Assembly: GCF_009914755.1 (NCBI RefSeq) | Contig: NC_060928.1 | From: the human T2T-CHM13v2.0 reference genome, Homo sapiens | Length of the DNA stretch: 64,000 bases | Reading direction: 5' to 3' (one strand) | Shown here: positions 57,333 to 64,000 of the stretch, one piece after another | Numbering within the stretch: the first letter of the stretch is position 1 | Layout of the letters: every line of letters starts with the position of its first letter | Made by a program: the position numbers and the translations under genes | Notes under the pieces: model-generated | Databases searched by the model: none | What the model saw: the letters and a program-made list of their open reading frames with translations, nothing else | Told to the model about the DNA's origin: nothing

Positions 57333-58069
57333 TTTCTTAATGAAGAAATGAGTTTCACTTTGGCATCACAAATCCAAAGAGGCACACCTGCACCAGGGAT
57401 TATCTGTAGTTTGATGATATATCCAATAATTTGATAACACTAATGTCAAAAATCGAGAAATTTGTGGTTGAAATGGGAAAGAATTGTAAATGAAAAGAGA
57501 AAACATTTTAGCATTTCATACGGCTTCCAAAGTAAGCATCAATTTTTACAAATAGTCCATGACCAAACTGATGGCAGTGGCAGCCCATCTGGAGCGGCTG
57601 CTGCCATCATTTTGGCTACAACAGGGAGATGCTGCCAGGGCTGCATTATCCATGGAGCAGGTGAGAGCCAGGGACAAACTGAAGCCCTCATCCTTCCGAG
57701 TTGAGGCAGGAGCTCCCCAGGTGCCACTGCAGCCACCCAAGCCATGGCTGCTGACCCAGGCATCCCTGTGCTCTCAGGGCCCCGGAGCAGGTAGGAGCCC
57801 CCGCTGCAATGCCCAAATCATGGCGGCAGACCTGGGCCTCCCACACCACAGAGCAGGCAGAAGTCCTGACCTTCCAGGTGCAGCTGCAGCCACCCAAACT
57901 GCAGCTGTGGACTTAGGCATCCCTGCACTCTTTGGCACCTGGGAAGGCCCCCCTTCCCTCACAGGCTCGGAATTGTCTGCTGTTGCTGCCTGGCTTCTCC
58001 CTGCTCTTGGAGCCCACTCTGATCTCAGAGCAAAGTTGGCGACAAGCCTGGGTGCTTTTGTGGCCCAGC

Positions 58070-58826
58070 TGTGTCCAGAATTGGTTTCTTCTGGTGGGTT
58101 CTCGGTCTTGCTGACTTCAAGTATGAAACCACGGACCCTCATGTTCAGTGTTATAGTCCTTAAAGATGGTGTGTCCTGGGTTTGTTCCTTCAGATGTTCA
58201 GATGTGTCTGGAGTTTCTTCCTTCCGGTGGGCTTGCGGTCTTGCTTGACTTCAGGAGTGAAGCCACAGACCTTCGCAGTGAGTGTTACAGCTCTTAAAGG
58301 TGGCAAGTCGGAGTTGTTTGTTCCTCCCGGTGGGTTTGTGGTCTCGCTGACTTCAGGAGTGAAGCTGCAGACCTTCAAAGTGAGTGTTATAGCTCTTAAA
58401 GGTGGTGCATCCAGAGTTGTTTGGTCCGGAGTTGTTTGTTCCTCCCGGTGGGCTCATGGTCTTGCAAACTTCAGGAGTGAAGCCGCAGACTTTCACAGTG
58501 AGTGTTACAGCTCATAAAGGTAGTGTGGACTCAAAGAGTGAGCAGCAGCAAGACTTATTGTGAAGAGCAAAAGAACAAAGCTTCCACAGCGTGGAAGGGT
58601 ACCCGAGCGGGTTGCCACTGCTGGCTCTGGTGGCCAGCTTTTAGTCCCTTATTTGGCCCTGCCCACATCCTGCTGATTGGTCCATTTTACAGAGCGCTGA
58701 TTGGTGAGTTTACAAACCTTTAGCTAGACACAGAGCACTGATTGGTGTGTTTACAATCCTTTAGCTAGACAGAAAAGTTCTCCAAGTCCCCACCTGACTC
58801 AGAAGCCCAGCGGGCTTCACCTCTCA
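58070..58826 (-). mobile_element. LTR12 (ERV9) solo LTR
   Basis: Ends 'tgtgtccagaattgg' and 'gcttcacctctca'; U5 repeats 'gacttcaggagtgaagc'; 'tagctagaca' U3 repeats; perfect 4 bp TSD cagc (58066-58069 / 58827-58830). Confidence 0.95.
58670..58750 (-). promoter_or_regulatory. Three CCAAT (NF-Y) boxes in LTR12 U3
   Basis: 'ctgattgg' occurs three times, near 58673, 58697 and 58738. ERV9 LTR promoters are NF-Y dependent, but activity here is unproven. Confidence 0.55.
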
Positions 58827-60027
58827 CAGCCAGGTGTGCACACACTCAGGGCAGTGCTGACACACCAGCCCCCTGTTGCCTCAGCTCCCTCCAGATTTTT
58901 GGGCACTGATGAGCCTATGAGGGATGTTGAGAGGTGCTGAGGGCAGCTTGGCACTGGCTTGCAGGCTCCCCTTGGCACCTACAGTCTGGTTGCCATGAAT
59001 GGCAGCAGAAGGCAAGCAGGTTCTTGGGCAGAAGGGGGTGGGTTCCTGGTGAGGCCCCACCTTCAGGCCAAGCGTGGCCTGAAGGCTGTGGGCTGGGCTG
59101 CCCGTCCTGTGGAGCAGAGTAGGAACTTGTGGTGCCCTTTCTGGGCTGGCCTATGGCTGCTCATGGACCAACTGGTATGCACTTCCTTGCCTCTGAGACC
59201 CATAAGAGCTCTGGGCTCAGTGAAAGCTGAGCAGGTATTGGGAAAACCAGCTTCAGAGAGGAGCAACTCACTCTAGGGCTTCCTGTCTGCTGAGAGCTGT
59301 GCAGATGATGGGACAACCCTCTGCTGATAGCTGAACACGCTTCAGGATACCCAGGCTGCTGAAAGAAGCTGCCCCCTGTGGGTTTCCTCTGAGCTGCTCT
59401 ATCACTCAATAAAGCTCCTGTTCATCTTGCTCACCCTCCACTTGTTTGTGTACCTTGTTCTTCCTAGTCACATGACAAGAACTCAGGACCCCCTGAATGC
59501 GAGGATAAAAGAGCTGTAACACAAACGGGGCTAAGACATGCCTCTTGCTCAACACATTGCAGGAGAAGAGAAGGAAAGAATAGCTCCAGCACTTCAGGGA
59601 GCTCAGACTTGGGAGCTCCCTAAGCCAGGGCTGTGACTCCTCCTTTGGGGCCCCATGAACCTGGTGTCTCCAAGCTTCCAGGAGCCACTGTGTTCCTTGT
59701 TGCTAGCCACAGCAGCTGCTTGCAGTGCACCTGGCCTGGCCACAGCCTCACAGAAAGCCAGTGCCCATGCTGGCACCTGGAGCTGGCCACCGTGCTACAG
59801 CTGCTGGCATATCTGACAATGCACAGTGGCTGGACCCCACCCTCTCTCACACATCCCTTGCCATTCCACACCTTACTCGCCACTGGCAGTCATGAAACCC
59901 ACCTGGTAGCTTGAGCTGAGCACAGCCTTCCAGGTGGAGTGGGCAAAAAGGGTCCAGCAAGCCCAAGCAAAACTCGAGCAAAAGCACCACCAGCCACAGA
60001 GGTTTCTAGCCAGAAAAATGACACCAC

Positions 60028-60399
60028 TATATTAGCCCGTGTTCATGCTGCTGATAAAGACATACCCGAGACTGGGCAATTTATACAAGAAAAACGATTT
60101 CATGGACTTGCAGTTCCACATTGCTGGGAAGCCTCACAATCATGGCGGAAGGTAAGGAGGAGCAAGTCACATATTACACGGATGGCAGTAGGCAAAGAAA
60201 AGAGAGCTTGTGCAGGGAAATTCCCATTTTTAAGACCATCAGATCTCATAAGATTATTCACTATCACAAGAACAGCAAAAAGAAAGACCCACTCCCATGA
60301 TTCAATTACCTACCACCAGGTCCCTCCCACGACACAGGGGAATTGTGAGAGTTATAATTCAAGATGTGATTTGGGTGTGGACATGGCCAAACCATAACA
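60028..60399 (-). mobile_element. THE1 (THE1B-like) solo LTR
   Basis: 'catgctgctgataaagacatacccgagactggg...ccaaaccataaca'. Confidence 0.93.
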
Positions 60400-60424
60400 A
60401 TACCAAAGATCCCATAACACAATG

Positions 60425-62000
60425 ATATAAATGTCTAAATTAATTTTAAAAACACCTAAATATTTTTGATAACAGATATTTGTCACTTCTAAAAATATTA
60501 AAATTAAATTGAAAAAAGAGAGACCTACCATAATATTGACTAATAATAAAAATATCAGTCATTCTCAAATTAGTATATGATTTTAATATAATTATAATTT
60601 AAGTCTCAATATTTTTAGTTGGAAAAGAAAGGGAGAATTGCATGAAATCAAAATCAGACTGAAGTGGGAAAATCCATGTTTAAATATAGACAAAATATTT
60701 TGAAATTAGAATGATAATTGTAAGTACTTTTCTGTAATTATTATTATAATATTCCATAAAGTTATATACTGTAATCGTAATAGTATAGCATTGCTATGGA
60801 AAATAAACTAAATTAGTAAAACAGAGTAGAGAATCCAGAAATAAAATCATATATACACATGTGGGTGTGTATATATTAGAATTATATGTTATATATTATT
60901 ATATTATATATTAAGATTATATATTATAATTTATACATATATACACATTCTAATATACACATATATATATTGGAATTTTTTAATTAAAATGTTTAGAATT
61001 CAATTTAGTGGGGAAAATGTTTATTTAATCCATAGGGTTAATAAAACTGGCTGCCTAGAACAAAATAACATTGTATCTCATATCACATACTATATAAAAT
61101 ACAAATCAGATGAATTATAAACTCAAATATTAAATGAATAAAATAAATAATTTGCAGGAAATTAGAATTATATAAACTAAGGTTAAGCATATTGTTGGTA
61201 TGTAAGAAAACTAGGAAACCATAAAGAAACATATTTACTATGCAATTAATTCTTTGACATGCTATATAATATATTCTAAACAAAATCAAATGCATCTGAG
61301 AGATTGAGAAAAATATTTTGCAATGTTAATGAAGAAAATTATCTATAATACAAAATACATTATTAAGAAACTGATTTTTAAAAGCTAAAAGAAAACTTAT
61401 GAGAACAAGTAAAAAAATAGCATATCACAAAAGAGACAAGCCAATGACAGTAAATAAATGAAAACAGGTTTAAACTCAGTGCTCTCTAGGGAAATGAACA
61501 TTTAACAAAAATAATTTAACACTTATCCATCAGATTGACAAAAATTAAAGAGTAATAGAAACTTCTGATGTTTGAGATGAAATAGGAGGTAGTATGTCAC
61601 AGATGATTTCTGGAAATGTAATCATTTTAGAAGGCAATCTGGCAATCTGAATTCCAATTAAAAATGAATTACGAACACAGTTACTTTAAGATATTTATTA
61701 TACAAGATTTATTGCAACATCTTTCTTAGTTACAAGAGATAAGAAGTTAAGTATATGCTTATCAATAGTTTAATGATTAGATAAGTTGAGGTCTGGCAAT
61801 ACCATCAAATAGAATTGGTTAGTTTTACATCAGGCAATTCAAAAAAGGTTTCTAAAAAGTGTGTTTGGAAAAGATGCAAGGAAGCAGTGTGTACAATGTG
61901 ACCCCACAAACTGAAAAATGACCCACATTTTCTACATGCTGATGTTTTCATAAGATAGGAGCCTAATAAAGCCTACGAAAAGATTCATGAAAGATTGTTA
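60425..62000 (+). mobile_element. Highly decayed L1ME-like ORF2 end and 3' UTR, with AT-rich tract at 60850-60970
   Basis: 'aacagagtagagaatccagaaataaa', 'ccatcagattgacaaaaattaaa', 'ttttagaaggcaatctggcaat'. Confidence 0.65.
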
Positions 62001-64000
62001 ACTTATAGAGGAGTTTAGGAGGAAGTTCAACAAAAAACTTTAAAATCTGCAGAATGAATTGTGCTGTTAAAGTGGATGAAAATACGATGTGATATATGTG
62101 TCTAGCCATAGAAAAATATATAAAAAGCAAATTTCTAAAATATTATCGTTCTTTATATCAGAGTGTCAAGATATGTTTTGGTTTCTGTATTTTCTTTTAT
62201 TTTGTATATCATGTAAATGCTTCACAATGATGGTAACAAGGAGAAAAGGGAATTGATAATTGTAGAAAAACAAATATAATTTTTATAACCCATATTTATA
62301 GTTCAGGAAAATGTATAAACTATACTTAAGAGGATATAAAGTCTTATGAAGTATTTCACATTTTATGCAGCATTGTTCCTGCAAGTAAAAATACTTCCAA
62401 ATGCCATGTCTTTACTTTCCATACAAACTGTTTGCCTTTGGGTTTTCATCTCCTGGTACTGGGCAGGAAGGAAGCCTGTCTTTTTCAAGGATGTGGATAA
62501 CCAGATCAGCAGGAAGCCTGTAGCTGTATGCGTTTCCATAAATTTTTTGGTCTTACATTTCAGTCTACACCTCCGAGACCAAATGCCCATAGATGAGAGA
62601 CATTTCTATTTTTCATGAATTACTAATTACCTTTTCAGAAAAGTCTGACAGTTCTTAAACTGATATGTACGCACACAGACACGTTTTTTTCTTTAGTTAC
62701 CTGATTAGAATTAAAGTTCTTGAAGGTCAAAGTTGAAAACTTCCCTGGTCTAGCAATTACAAAGAGTAAAGAAAATGAAATATTTTAGACAATAATATAT
62801 AACCCAAGCACTGACACATGAATTGCCTGCATTATTTTCTTTTGTCTCATGAGGATATTAATATTTTACTAGAAATGAGCTACTGGCATGCATAGCATGT
62901 ATTTAGTACATAATAACTAATATCTCTTTTTCTATATTATAAAAATCTTTCCAATCTAAATTATTGAACTGATGCCAAAAATAACATTTTAGTGTTTTTG
63001 TTTTGCTTCAATAATAGAAAATTATTTGTTTAGATGTTCGTTCGTTTTAAGCATAGGAGAGTCTTTTTTTATCTTGACAATTGAGACTCCAGAAAAAAAG
63101 AAAACAGCAACTTTTAATTTATTTAAAAAGTGAGTGTTATTCAGATTTACTATCAAAGTAATTAATGGTAACCACTCTGCATAATATTCAGCTAATAAAT
63201 GTTATGCCTTGTAAGCCACAGAGGAGTAAAACCTAATATGTTCCAAGGTTAAAGAAGACAGAGGAATGACGACCAATCTGGGAAAATTAACTACTGCACT
63301 TGTATGAAGCATTATGGACATCAATCCTGTTTCCCCTCCCTACTTCAAACACAAGTAATTCCTGGTGTTTTTTTTTTTTATTTTAATATCTCAAGATATC
63401 TTTTATAGAAACTGTAAATATAATCAAGGAGAATAAGCATATGTGTCAGAAATAGTTTGGGTTGCTTACTAAGGGTCCCACTTCAATATTTAAAAGCATG
63501 TAAATTATAGAGACTTTTTAATCCTGTTGATTATTTTAAAAAATAGGAGTCACATATTGAAACAACTTCTTTGATTCCTTCTGTATAAGCCTGAACTATA
63601 GACGTCTAATATGTAAATCAAATTTTATAAAGTTTAAGCACATTTTGAAATGAAACAGAGTCCTTGTACATATGTGCCACTACAGTGGGTCTGTCGGTCT
63701 CTCTGCATACACACAAACATTCACATACATGCATACCCTCATATGACCTGTTCTGTTCTACACCCCTTGTTGCTCCCAGAAAACTCAATCTCAAAATTGT
63801 CAAAGCCAGTAAAATCTCTATCAAATTTGGAATAGTGCAATCTGAATTACACTCTATGGACTTTAAAGCCCCAACAAGTGCGGAGTTTACAAGTATTCTT
63901 CAAATTTCCTAGAATGCTCTTAGCCACATATCCTCCAAACCAGAAATAATTGCTTCTTTTTCACTCAATTTCATTTTACTTTGTATATACCACTGTATTA

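Larger units (their letters stand above)
57569..60419 (+). mobile_element. MER52 ERV1 solo LTR hosting LTR12 and THE1 insertions
   Basis: Start 'tgatggcagtggcagcccatctggagcggctgctgcc', AATAAA at ~59408, end 'agatcccataaca' after the THE1. Length is ~1.7 kb without the inserts. Confidence 0.9.

Noticed and set aside
57559-58248. Longest ORF (229 aa) and neighbouring overlapping ORFs
   Set aside because: It lies within GC-rich MER52 and crosses into antisense LTR12, with no recognisable domain; a stop-poor LTR artefact.
58100-58520. Repeated 'gacttcaggagtgaagc' units with spacers, superficially CRISPR-like
   Set aside because: Normal LTR12 U5 subrepeats; the spacers are homologous to each other and the context is eukaryotic.
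60845-60970. AT-rich imperfect inverted repeat
   Set aside because: Self-complementarity is expected from (TA)n-derived low complexity.

Overview
AT-rich, gene-poor primate (most likely human) genomic DNA made up mostly of decayed transposable elements: several L1 copies of different ages, six Alus (all on the minus strand), MaLR/ERV1/ERVL solo LTRs (MST, THE1, MLT1, MLT2, MER50, MER52, LTR12), L2/MIR relics, MER58 and MADE1 DNA-transposon MITEs, and simple repeats. I cannot support any intact protein-coding gene, RNA gene or novel multi-gene system; the listed ORFs are L1/Alu/LTR remnants, low-complexity frames or short frames with no recognisable protein. The most notable structures are (1) an apparent ~4.5 kb inversion (about 19795-24305) that splits two different L1 elements reciprocally and has a templated hairpin at one junction, (2) a ~325 bp TSD-flanked, poly(A)-tailed non-repeat retro-insert inside an L1 at 14105-14429, (3) a nested MER52/LTR12/THE1 LTR cluster, and (4) local template-switch signatures. 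Repeat subfamily names come from recalled consensus sequences and need confirming with Dfam/RepeatMasker. Boundaries of old elements are approximate.
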